Assembly: GCA_021513715.1 (NCBI GenBank)
Contig: CP084167.1
Location: 2,528,001-2,592,000, forward strand
Reading direction: 5' to 3'
DNA length: 64,000 bases
DNA from: Candidatus Heimdallarchaeum endolithica
Lineage (GTDB): Archaea > Asgardarchaeota > Heimdallarchaeia > Heimdallarchaeales > Heimdallarchaeaceae
The position numbers and the translations under genes are program-made. Below are positions 36,427 through 47,717 of the stretch, one piece after another. Numbering within the stretch: the first letter of the stretch is position 1; every line of letters starts with the position of its first letter. Under the pieces are notes generated by a model. That model ran no database searches and had not been told where the DNA came from. It saw only the letters and a program-made list of their open reading frames with translations.

Positions 36427-37398
36427 ATGTCAGAATCAAATATTGATCACGGATTTATTGACCTTTTTTCTGGAGCTGGAGGTTTTAGTTCTGGGTTTAG
36501 ACTTGCTGGCTTTAAAGAATTACTAGTTATTGAAAGGAATCTCTCTGCCATAAAAACATACAACTTGAACCTGCCTGACGCAATTTGTATAAATGATGAT
36601 ATACGGAATATTCATTCTTTAGAAATAGAAAGAAAATGTTATCAAAAACCAACTGTCGTGTTAGCCTCTCCCCCTTGTGAACCGTTTACTTCTGCAAATA
36701 CCAAACGAAAACCAACAACATGGGAAAGATTTTTTGAAGATCCCCAAGGGGATTTGATTTTTCATGCAATAAGGATAATCAAAGATTTAAATCCTGAATT
36801 TTTTGTTATCGAGAATGTTGTACCTATTATTGATGGTGAAGGAAGAGAAATTATTCTTGAAGCTTTTGCTGACTCCAAATTCCCAACTATATATTTTAAT
36901 GTTATTCGTGCTGAAAAACATGGTTCTCCTTCTTCTAGAAAGCGTGTTTTTATTTCTAACATCAATCTTGATTTGGAGAAGAAAAAAATTGTTACTGTAG
37001 GTCAAGTTTTATCTGGTCTCCAAGATCCTTCCTATCCAAATGATCTTCCTAATCACTTTCTAACTCCTATTCCAGATAAAATCCAAAAGAGAATTCATCA
37101 AATCAAACCTGGAAACGCTGCTGTTTATTTTGAAGGTGCATCAAGTGAAAAATTAAATTGGATTAGGCTTGATAAAAACAAACTTTCTCCTACTGTGATG
37201 GGAAAATCTAGGTTTATTCATTTTGATCAAGATCGGGCTTTGACGATACGTGAGCATGGGCGATTAATGACTTTTCCAGATTATTATGAGTTTACTGGAA
37301 CCGTTGAAGAAATGTATAATCAAGTTGGAGAAGCAGTTCCCCCACTAATTTCCTATTTGATTGCAAAAAAAATTAAAGAAAAAATTTCTGAATCCTAA
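36427..37398 (+). CDS. Orphan C5-cytosine methyltransferase
   Basis: DLFSGAGG, SPPCEPF, IENV, R.RVF, R.LT.RE..RL..FPD, QVGEAVPP; no adjacent restriction enzyme. Confidence 0.88.
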   Translation: MSESNIDHGFIDLFSGAGGFSSGFRLAGFKELLVIERNLSAIKTYNLNLPDAICINDDIRNIHSLEIERKCYQKPTVVLASPPCEPFTSANTKRKPTTWERFFEDPQGDLIFHAIRIIKDLNPEFFVIENVVPIIDGEGREIILEAFADSKFPTIYFNVIRAEKHGSPSSRKRVFISNINLDLEKKKIVTVGQVLSGLQDPSYPNDLPNHFLTPIPDKIQKRIHQIKPGNAAVYFEGASSEKLNWIRLDKNKLSPTVMGKSRFIHFDQDRALTIREHGRLMTFPDYYEFTGTVEEMYNQVGEAVPPLISYLIAKKIKEKISES

Positions 37399-37446
37399 TC
37401 AATTTTTCCAAAACATTTAATTTTTCTATGGTAAATTTCTTTTAGA

Positions 37447-38499
37447 ATGTCTTCGAGTAAATCATCAAGAAAAGTTAAACGAACAAATTTTGCCACCTTA
37501 TCTAAAGGAATAATTAAAGCTGGGTATTGTGCTTCTTGTGGTGCTTGTGTAAGTGTTTGTCCTGTTAATAGCATTGAAATGCATAATGATCTTCCAAAAC
37601 TTGTTTCTACTTGCATTTCTTGTGGAGCTTGTGTTGATGCTTGTTATCGTTTTCAAAAACGTGAGAAGCAAAAGCAAGCAGCAATGAATCCAAATGACAT
37701 TTTAGAAATATATACTGCTAGAACTAAAGATGAAAATATTTATTCTCAAGCTCAAAACGGAGGAGTTGTTACTACTCTCCTTGTTCATGCACTTAAAGAA
37801 GGGATGATTGACGGAGCATTGATTACAGGTCAATACTCTACCCTTTTTGAACCTAAACCTCTATTAATAAATTCTCCAGAAGGAGTTATTCAAGGAGCAG
37901 GATCAAAATATGTTATTAGTAATAGTTTAACCAAATTAGATGCAATTCGTACTAGTCATAAAAAGAAAGCAGCAGTTGTGGGAGTTCCTTGCCATATTGA
38001 ATCACTTACGCGAATTATGCAATTTGGATATCTTGGGCTTGAGCATAGGGTCGCATTGAAAATAGGTTTATTTTGTATGCACTCTTATGATAAAAATCTG
38101 CTCAAACAATTTGTGGCTGACAAATTTAACATTAGTCCTGAACAAATAATAAAGATGGACATTGATAAAGGTAAGTTTATCTTCATTACTGAAACAGAGA
38201 AATATAAGGTTAAGCTGTCTGAAGTCGATTCTGCTTTCTATAATGGTTGTCACTACTGTTCTGATTTTACTGCTGAATATGCTGATATCGCCGTGGGAAA
38301 TATCGGTGTGGATGCAAAGAGTAATGTGGTTGTAATTCGTACTCAAAAGGGAAAAGAATTGTTTGATTCAGCGATAGAAAAAGGACTTTTAGATGTGACA
38401 ATGATTGATCCTCAAGAGTGGGAAGCAAAATTTGGGCTTGTTTTCAAACTTGAAAAAAGAAAGAAAAAAGAGGTTAAACCTCTCCCTCCTCTGGATTGA
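37447..38499 (+). CDS. F420-dependent oxidoreductase beta subunit (FrhB/FdhB family) with N-terminal ferredoxin domain
   Basis: Two CxxCxxCxxxC motifs, QNGGVVT, GSKY, VGVPC, IGLFC, GCHYCSDF..EYADI.VG. Confidence 0.88.
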   Translation: MSSSKSSRKVKRTNFATLSKGIIKAGYCASCGACVSVCPVNSIEMHNDLPKLVSTCISCGACVDACYRFQKREKQKQAAMNPNDILEIYTARTKDENIYSQAQNGGVVTTLLVHALKEGMIDGALITGQYSTLFEPKPLLINSPEGVIQGAGSKYVISNSLTKLDAIRTSHKKKAAVVGVPCHIESLTRIMQFGYLGLEHRVALKIGLFCMHSYDKNLLKQFVADKFNISPEQIIKMDIDKGKFIFITETEKYKVKLSEVDSAFYNGCHYCSDFTAEYADIAVGNIGVDAKSNVVVIRTQKGKELFDSAIEKGLLDVTMIDPQEWEAKFGLVFKLEKRKKKEVKPLPPLD

Positions 38500-38502
38500 T
38501 CA

Positions 38503-39270
38503 TTGCTGGTGATTTTTTCATTGAAAAAAATAGAACTTTTTTCTATCCCTTTTCCTATTGTTAAAAAAGGCGATAACATAGCTGAACTAATTGTAAAAGA
38601 ATTGATTGATAACAATATAAGAATTCAAGATGGAGATATTTTTGTTATTGCACATACTATTATCTCTCGTGCAGAAGGTAATGAGTACTACCTACCTTCT
38701 ATTTCTCCTTCTTTTCTTGCTGAAATAATTTCTCGTAAAACAGGAAAAGATCCTTCATTGGTGCAGCTAATTCTAAATGAGTCTTCCTCTCTAGAAAAGG
38801 TTCAGAATAGGATTATTATTAGTAAACATCGTTTAGGATGGATATCTGCTAATGCTGCAGTTGACCAATCTAATTCTCTTCCTAATCATGCAGTTACATT
38901 ACCTACTGATCCTGAAAAAACTGCTAGAAAAATAGGTGTTTACTTGAAATTAAGATTAAAGAAGACTATTTCTGTATTAATTTCTGATACTCATGGTCGA
39001 GCACTCAGAAGGGGAGCGATTAATGTAGCTATTGGTTCTTATAATTTTTCAGTAATTGATGATGCAAGAGGACGTAGAGATATTTTCGGTAATGAATTAA
39101 AATCTACTTTAGTTGCTTTGGCTGATGAGGTTTGTTCTGCTGCAGAATTATTAATGGGACAAGCTGATGAAATGTCTCCAGTTGTTGTGGTAAGAGGATT
39201 TAATCAACGTTCTCCTGTTTCTTCAATTTATGAATTGCAATATGAAGATAATAAACGACTTTTTAAATGA
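38503..39270 (+). CDS. cofE: Coenzyme F420-0:L-glutamate ligase
   Basis: ISRAEG, ANAAVDQSN, LP.DP, ISDT.GR..R.G, GQADE..PVV.VRG. Confidence 0.88.
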   Translation: MLVIFSLKKIELFSIPFPIVKKGDNIAELIVKELIDNNIRIQDGDIFVIAHTIISRAEGNEYYLPSISPSFLAEIISRKTGKDPSLVQLILNESSSLEKVQNRIIISKHRLGWISANAAVDQSNSLPNHAVTLPTDPEKTARKIGVYLKLRLKKTISVLISDTHGRALRRGAINVAIGSYNFSVIDDARGRRDIFGNELKSTLVALADEVCSAAELLMGQADEMSPVVVVRGFNQRSPVSSIYELQYEDNKRLFK

Positions 39271-39343
39271 AAAAAGCGTAAGTTTAAATAATAACTAAAT
39301 TAATTCAATCAACGAAAGCAATTCGCTTGTAAGGTGTTATTAG

Positions 39344-40063
39344 GTGTTTAAACGTTCAAAACGCTCAAAACTTGAAGAAGCAAATGTACTTTTAGGAGAA
39401 GCAAAAGTTTTAGGTCAGCAAAAAAAATATCAAGAAGCTGTTGAAGCGATTGAAAAAGCAATAGTACTATTCACACATGAGAATGATAGACAAAAACTTG
39501 ATTTGTCTAAGGCATTACTTTATGAATTTAAAGCTGAGCAATCTATAAAGTCTAATCGTGCTTTAGAAGCTTCCAATTATCTTGGACGAGCTGGAGGCTT
39601 CTATATGCGTCTACATATGGTTAATGACTTGAATCGAGTATACAAAAAACAAGCAGACATTCTACTTATTTTGGCTAGACAAACCATGAAAGAAAAGCAT
39701 TTTATTGAAGCAGCATCTTATTTTGAGCAAGCTGCTATGGCTTATCAAAAATTAAAGAATAAAGAGATGGAACTCGACTGTAAAGCCAAATCTTATGTTT
39801 CTCGAGCTGCAGCAGAAAAAACAATATCTGGTAGAAAAGTTTTTCTTAGAAAAGCAGTGGAATTGATGAAGGAAACAGGAACAGATAATCCAATAATAAA
39901 AGGCCATTTAGCCTATTATAATGGGTTATTTATAAAAGATGAAAAGAAGGAAGAAGCTCTTCGTTATTTTAGTGAGGCATTACAAAATTATCAAAAAGCT
40001 GGAATGTCAAAAAGGGTAGAAGAAATAAAAAAGATGATTGATGATCTAGCTACAAACCTATAA
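39344..40063 (+). CDS. TPR-like alpha-solenoid, alpha-SNAP-like
   Basis: Repeated helical motifs EAASYFEQAAMAY, EASNYLGRAGGFY, EALRYFSEALQNY. Confidence 0.6.
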   Translation: MFKRSKRSKLEEANVLLGEAKVLGQQKKYQEAVEAIEKAIVLFTHENDRQKLDLSKALLYEFKAEQSIKSNRALEASNYLGRAGGFYMRLHMVNDLNRVYKKQADILLILARQTMKEKHFIEAASYFEQAAMAYQKLKNKEMELDCKAKSYVSRAAAEKTISGRKVFLRKAVELMKETGTDNPIIKGHLAYYNGLFIKDEKKEEALRYFSEALQNYQKAGMSKRVEEIKKMIDDLATNL

Positions 40064-40102
40064 TGTTCATTTCTTGCCCTTTTTTAGAAGTTATGCAGTT
40101 AT

Positions 40103-40696
40103 TTATTTAATAAATGGTTTTCTAAACTTCAAAACTTCTTCTTCACTTTGTATAGCTAGTCTCGCTGCATGAGAAAAAAGATTCTCGACATTTTCAGCTG
40201 ATAAAGCAGATGTTTCTATGTAATCAAAGTTATTTTCTTTAGCGTATTCTTCTGCTTTTTCTCTTTCTACAGTTCTTGCATTAGTTAAATCGCTCTTATT
40301 TCCACATAAAATAATGGGTATTTCAGAACATTTTTTCTTTATTTCACTAACCCAAAAAGGAACATCATCGAATGTTGCAGTTTTTGTAATATCATAAACT
40401 ACAATAGCGACTTTTGCTCCTAGAAAATATTTCTGTCTGACAAACCCAAAAATCTCTTGTGCTCCTGTATCCCATAAGCTAATTCTAACTTTAACATCAT
40501 CAGTTAGTATGTCTTTAGACAAATTCTCGTTTAATTCCTCTTTTGTTAAGGATAGACTTTTAGTTAACCAACTTACACCCATTGTTGGAATATATGAATA
40601 AGAAAAGGTGTTCATTGTATACCTTCTTGCTAATGAGGTTTTACCAACAAAAGCTGAACCAATTGTAATTATTTTATATAAATGCCGTTCTATCAT
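40103..40696 (-). CDS. Rab-like small GTPase
   Basis: G1 GSAFVGKTS, G2 YIPTMG, G3 WDTGAQE, G4 NKSD, G5 ETSA. ATG 40696 lies just after the upstream stop; no C-terminal Cys. Confidence 0.9.
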   Translation of the reverse strand: MIERHLYKIITIGSAFVGKTSLARRYTMNTFSYSYIPTMGVSWLTKSLSLTKEELNENLSKDILTDDVKVRISLWDTGAQEIFGFVRQKYFLGAKVAIVVYDITKTATFDDVPFWVSEIKKKCSEIPIILCGNKSDLTNARTVEREKAEEYAKENNFDYIETSALSAENVENLFSHAARLAIQSEEEVLKFRKPFIK

Positions 40697-40698
40697 TT

Positions 40699-41547
40699 TT
40701 ATCTCCAAAATATTTCTACTAATTTTCTTTCGATGTTTATACTGCTTAAACGCCTCCATTCATCAAGAATCAACGGTTTTGTGTTTTTATTAATTAATTC
40801 TCTAAATTGTTCAGGACTAAAGTATTTTCTGATGATATCTACTAATTCAGAAGTGAAATTAAGGAATATTTCTTTCATTTGGCTACAGTTTTCAATTTCT
40901 GTTATCTGTATTGAGTTTAACTCATCTTTTATAAAAAATCCTTCCTTATTAAAGAAAAATAATTTATCAATTTCCTTATAATCATTTATTAGTTTATTAA
41001 CATCGATTCTTAATAATTGGTTAATTTCTTCCTCGTTGGATTGCGATTTTGTAGCTTTTTTTATTCCTGTACATAAAGAGTTTATAATATTCTCAAATAT
41101 TTCTAATAAATTCCTGAACTCAATATCTTTCACATGATTTGATATAATCGAATTAACTTTGAAAACTTCAGAAATTACCATAGACGGTGATAAAGGTTTT
41201 TTTACTAGTTTAATTTCATCTAGGAAATTTTTAGCTGTTTCTTTATCATAAATATCAAATGAGTATAGAAAGAGATTCATTAAAAAAAATAATTGAGAAT
41301 ATGCGATTCCTTCCTTTTGCTCTTGAGAAATCAGTACAAATATAAAATCATACTTTTCTTCAATTAATACAGTAGTTTTCTTAAAGATCACTTCTCGTAA
41401 TTGACCTAGTTCTCTCTGTTCTCCCATTTTTATAAATTCTAATAGCCCTGAAAAATGCTCTGGTTTAAGAATTAAATTTTCACTATTGGGTGTGTCTGTA
41501 AAGATAGTGTCATAGTTATTTTTGTTTAGTATATAAAAATTAGCCAA
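40699..41547 (-). CDS. Longin-like N-terminal domain plus helical C-terminal domain
   Basis: FYILNK....IF, FSGLL.FI, L..VIF.....LI....FIFVLIS longin pattern; translationally coupled to the Rab-like gene. Confidence 0.55.
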   Translation of the reverse strand: MANFYILNKNNYDTIFTDTPNSENLILKPEHFSGLLEFIKMGEQRELGQLREVIFKKTTVLIEEKYDFIFVLISQEQKEGIAYSQLFFLMNLFLYSFDIYDKETAKNFLDEIKLVKKPLSPSMVISEVFKVNSIISNHVKDIEFRNLLEIFENIINSLCTGIKKATKSQSNEEEINQLLRIDVNKLINDYKEIDKLFFFNKEGFFIKDELNSIQITEIENCSQMKEIFLNFTSELVDIIRKYFSPEQFRELINKNTKPLILDEWRRLSSINIERKLVEIFWR

Positions 41548-41670
41548 TTAGTACACCTTTCTAATATTAATTAGAAAATAAATTTAAACTTATTCCTTTA
41601 TCAGTTTCTGTACTAACTTGTCTGATTTTTGTATTTCTTTCATTTGTTTTAGAAGTATAAAAAAAGTGGA

Positions 41671-43863
<2,193 letters not shown>

Positions 43864-44020
43864 TTATTTCCTCTGATGAAATTTATTTATTATTCCTTGA
43901 TCCAAAACCTTAATTGACCTTTATTAAGGTTATTTTTTGACAGCATTTTATTAACAAATGAGATATTAGTATATATATTATAAACCCTCTAAAAAAGAAA
44001 GAAAAAAGAAGAAGGTACTA

Positions 44021-45733
44021 TTAACACCCTGGAGTAAAGTAAGGCTTAAGTTCTCCAATATGTGAATCTTCTTCAAGAGTTGCTATCTGATAAATTTTAT
44101 ACCCTCCAGTTAGATTCCTTGGATCAAAACCATGTTGCTTTAGAATTCGGTACGCAAGATAAGAAGTAAATCCTGTTATACAATGTAAGTATACTGGTTG
44201 ATTTTTTGGAATCTCATCTAGTCTTTCTCTTAGTTGACCAATTGGGATGTTTATCGCTCCTGGAATACAACCTTCAGCATGTAATTCTGGCCCTCTTACG
44301 TCAATAATTGTTGCCCCTTCTTCTTTTAATCTATGCGCTTCATTCCAATGCCATATTTTTACTTCTCCCCTCATAACGTTAGAAGCAACAAAACCAGCCA
44401 TATTTACACAATCTCTAGCGCATCCAAATTGTGGAGCATAACATAATTCAAGATTTTCTAAGTCATATACAGTCCCCTTAAAATTTATGACTGTTGCAAT
44501 GACATCTATCCTTTTTTCTGTTCCTGGACCTCCTACTGCTTGTGCGCCCAATATTCTACCATCTTTAGTGTCAAAAATTAATTTCATTGATATTTCTTGT
44601 GCATTAGGGTAGTAGCTTGCATGATTTTGGGGATGAACATAGATTTTCTCATAGTTGGTAATCCCTAATGATTTAAGTTGTTTTTCGTTTAAACCTGTTT
44701 GAGCAACAGTTTTATCAAAAACCTCAAGTACTGCAGTTCCTATTGAACCTTTATAAGTTGTTTTTCTTCCTGCAAGATTGTCTGCAGCTATTCTTCCTTC
44801 TCTATTAGCTGGACCAGCAAGAGGAACAATAGTGGGTTTTCCTGTTATATAATTCTTAACCTGAACAGCATCTCCAACAGCATAAATATCAGGATCTGAG
44901 GTTTGCATGTGTTCATTGACTATTATATATCCACGCTCAGTTAATTCAAGTCCACAGTCTTTAGCTAAATGTGTGTCCGGCCTGATTCCTATACTTAAAA
45001 TAACAAGATCTGTTTCGATTTTTCTACCACTTTGAGTAATAACCTTATATTTTCCTTCTCCACCTGTTGGCTTTTCAAAACCTGCAACTCCATCACCTAG
45101 AATTAGTTTTACTCTATTTAGTACAAGCTCGTTATGGACAAATTGTGCCATCTCTCTATCTAATGTTGGCAAAACTTGGTCTAAAAGTTCAATCACTTTT
45201 ACACGAATACCTCTCCGACTAAGATTTTCAACCATTTCTAGTCCTATATACCCTGCTCCGATTACTGTAGCTGTAACAGGGTTATTCTTCTCAATAAAGT
45301 CATATATCTTTTCTGTATCTGGAATATTACGAAGCGAAAAAATAGGAATACCATCCATTCCTCTAAAAGGCGGGCGAATTGGTTCTGCACCAGGAGCTAA
45401 CACAAGTTTATCATAAGAAAGTTCGTATTCTTTTCCAACTTCTCTGTTAAGTACTTTAACTGTCTTTTTTTCTCTGTCGATAGAAGTAACTTCATTCATT
45501 ACTCTAACATCAATATTGAAGAATTGTTTGAATTTTTCTGGTGTCATAAGTACTAATTTTTCTCGTTCTTGTATCACTTTTCCAATATAATAGGGAAGTC
45601 CACAATTGGCAAAAGATACATAGGGTCCTCGTTCTAGTATAACTATTTCTGCAAATTCATTCAATCGCCTATATCTAGCTGCTGTGCTTGCACCACCAGC
45701 AACTCCACCTATAATTACTATTCGTTTTTTCAA
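44021..45733 (-). CDS. CoA-disulfide/persulfide reductase with rhodanese domain
   Basis: GGVAGG, SFANCGLPY, GAGYIGLE, YAP.F, C-terminal rhodanese IDVR...HC..G. Confidence 0.9.
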   Translation of the reverse strand: MKKRIVIIGGVAGGASTAARYRRLNEFAEIVILERGPYVSFANCGLPYYIGKVIQEREKLVLMTPEKFKQFFNIDVRVMNEVTSIDREKKTVKVLNREVGKEYELSYDKLVLAPGAEPIRPPFRGMDGIPIFSLRNIPDTEKIYDFIEKNNPVTATVIGAGYIGLEMVENLSRRGIRVKVIELLDQVLPTLDREMAQFVHNELVLNRVKLILGDGVAGFEKPTGGEGKYKVITQSGRKIETDLVILSIGIRPDTHLAKDCGLELTERGYIIVNEHMQTSDPDIYAVGDAVQVKNYITGKPTIVPLAGPANREGRIAADNLAGRKTTYKGSIGTAVLEVFDKTVAQTGLNEKQLKSLGITNYEKIYVHPQNHASYYPNAQEISMKLIFDTKDGRILGAQAVGGPGTEKRIDVIATVINFKGTVYDLENLELCYAPQFGCARDCVNMAGFVASNVMRGEVKIWHWNEAHRLKEEGATIIDVRGPELHAEGCIPGAINIPIGQLRERLDEIPKNQPVYLHCITGFTSYLAYRILKQHGFDPRNLTGGYKIYQIATLEEDSHIGELKPYFTPGC

Positions 45734-45920
45734 TTAAATCCCTTGAAAAGTTATTAAATAGTAAGTTCTAAATAAGAATATAAAATTAAGGGTATGACTA
45801 TGTTTATTATTTTTGTTTGCAAAAAAGATATCAATTAAGTATTAATCACTTTAGTACAACTGATAATTAATAGTTCTTAAAATATTATTAATGACAAAAA
45901 AAATAAAGAAAATAGTGCTC

Positions 45921-47087
45921 TCACTCTATTTCTTCTAATTCTTCTAATAAGTAGCGAGTACTAGTTTGCTTCATTTTTGCATCTTGCTCTTTTTCTCTTT
46001 CACTGATAATGTCTCTCTCTATACGGTCTAAGGCGACTGCAAAAGCTCCAAATAATCCATATCCTTCTGAGCGAGAAACATAGGTTTTTCCTTTATTTGT
46101 AGTTATTCTCAGCCTAATATGATATAAGATATATCCCCTAAATTTCTTTTTTGGAATAGATTTAATGTGAATATAGAAATGTCCAGTATTTCCAATTATT
46201 GCAGAATATTTCTTAATGAATTCTGAAGATAAATCAAAAAGTTGCTTTAAATCTTCCTCATCAATCTCTCCCATAACATTGATGAAATAACCCTCCTGCT
46301 TAGGAGGAACACTAACTGTTTCTAGCAAGTCATGTGTGGTTAGAATCCCTACAACATGGTTTGAATCATCAACAACAACTAACGCTTTGTGGTCAGAGTC
46401 AAGAAGTTTTTTTATTGCTAGTTCAACAGTGTCATCTTGTTTGCAAGCTACAACATCTGTACTCATCAGATTAATTATTTGTGTAGAGTAAGGATCAATC
46501 TGTGTTTCAGATCTATCTCCAAATGTCTGTCCTGGTAAATCTGATAGAAGAATTGGTTTAAGATCATGGGGACTAACAATACCAATTAGTTCATTTTTTT
46601 CATTTACAACAGGACATCGGGAAATGTTATTGTTTCTGCATATTGATAGTAATTGTGCTGCAGTTGTTTCTGGATTACTAGTTATTGGGTTGGGTGTCAT
46701 TAGTTCTTTTACCTTTTTTCCTTTATAACGTTCAAGTTCGCTCTTTATAAGATCTATATCCCGAATGACACCTATTATTTCTCCATTTTCTTCAACAGGA
46801 ATAGAACGAATTTTTAATTTAATAAGTAGTTTCGCAATTTCATTAATTGCGAGATTTTTCTTTATTGTTGGGACTTTTTTAATAAAAGTAGATACTTTAG
46901 AATCTAAATAAAGCCTCGATTGTCTAGCTAGAAATCTTTTTGTTAAATAACCTAAAAACACATATTTTTCATCAAAAACTAATATTTCTCTTGTATTTTC
47001 ATCAAAAAGTTCTAATGCTTTTGCTAGTTTTTCATTTTCTCCAACTGACACGTAATCTGAAATTAAAGATTCAATTTTTTCGCTCAT
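45921..47087 (-). CDS. Four-CBS-domain protein with C-terminal HPF/RaiA-like domain (candidate ribosome hibernation factor)
   Basis: CBS repeats; C-terminal Y.IRLRI....G.......EG..L..AF..ALDRIER matches the HPF fold pattern. Confidence 0.65.
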   Translation of the reverse strand: MSEKIESLISDYVSVGENEKLAKALELFDENTREILVFDEKYVFLGYLTKRFLARQSRLYLDSKVSTFIKKVPTIKKNLAINEIAKLLIKLKIRSIPVEENGEIIGVIRDIDLIKSELERYKGKKVKELMTPNPITSNPETTAAQLLSICRNNNISRCPVVNEKNELIGIVSPHDLKPILLSDLPGQTFGDRSETQIDPYSTQIINLMSTDVVACKQDDTVELAIKKLLDSDHKALVVVDDSNHVVGILTTHDLLETVSVPPKQEGYFINVMGEIDEEDLKQLFDLSSEFIKKYSAIIGNTGHFYIHIKSIPKKKFRGYILYHIRLRITTNKGKTYVSRSEGYGLFGAFAVALDRIERDIISEREKEQDAKMKQTSTRYLLEELEEIE

Positions 47088-47218
47088 GTTTTAACATAGA
47101 ATTCTATTCCCTTAAAATTTATGGTTAAGCAACACATTATTGGGAAAGGTTTTTTATTGCTTATTTCTTTATATTTAAATAGATTTAAATAAATTAATCA
47201 ATAATAGTAGATTAAAAG

Positions 47219-47491
47219 GTGAACACTTTGGTCAGTATATTACAAGCACTAAAAGTATCTCTACTCTTCCTTATTTTCGGCTTAATACCTTTCGTATTAG
47301 TCGTTATAGCAATAGTATCCTTGATTTCAATGGGCTTTGGTTTCGATTTTAAAGTTTTATATGCAAATGAAGGAGTAGATACTGGTTCTGTTTTAGGCAA
47401 TCTCGGGCTTTTAATAGTTGCATCGTTTATCTTCTTCGTTGGACTTTTCAAAGCTATAGGAGATATTGCTGAAGCAGCCTTATTAGAATAA
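47219..47491 (+). CDS. Small two-TM membrane protein
   Basis: GTG start, two hydrophobic stretches, poly-T tract after the stop. Confidence 0.6.
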   Translation: MNTLVSILQALKVSLLFLIFGLIPFVLVVIAIVSLISMGFGFDFKVLYANEGVDTGSVLGNLGLLIVASFIFFVGLFKAIGDIAEAALLE

Positions 47492-47510
47492 TTTTTTTTT
47501 CTTTTTTTTA

Positions 47511-47620
47511 TAGTACTTCCGAATTATCTCAAAAAGTATGAATTGAGAACACGCCAATGATAGTATGAACTCCTATAGTTTTAACCTATAGAAATCGGCC
47601 AACTTATTGCGGAAGTACTA
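47511..47620. mobile_element. Candidate MITE or structured element (110 bp)
   Basis: Inverted repeat TAGTACTTCCG/CGGAAGTACTA, flanked on both sides by TTTTTA. Confidence 0.45.
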
Positions 47621-47717
47621 TTTTTAAAAAAAATTTGTTTTGTAGTAACGGACTTTGTTTGAAAAGTTGTCTTTAGCTTAAAAGAATGGTTTTTCGATTG
47701 TAAAACTATTTAAATGT

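Noticed and set aside
36329-37398. Integrated element at tRNA-Val carrying a methyltransferase
   Set aside because: No integrase, no duplicated tRNA 3' end seen in the window, and downstream genes are metabolic.
40697-40759. Longer N-terminus of the Rab-like GTPase
   Set aside because: Overlaps the upstream gene; ATG 40696 gives tight coupling and a normal distance to G1.
47511-47620. 5S rRNA or self-cleaving ribozyme
   Set aside because: Size fits, but conserved 5S and hammerhead core motifs are absent on both strands.
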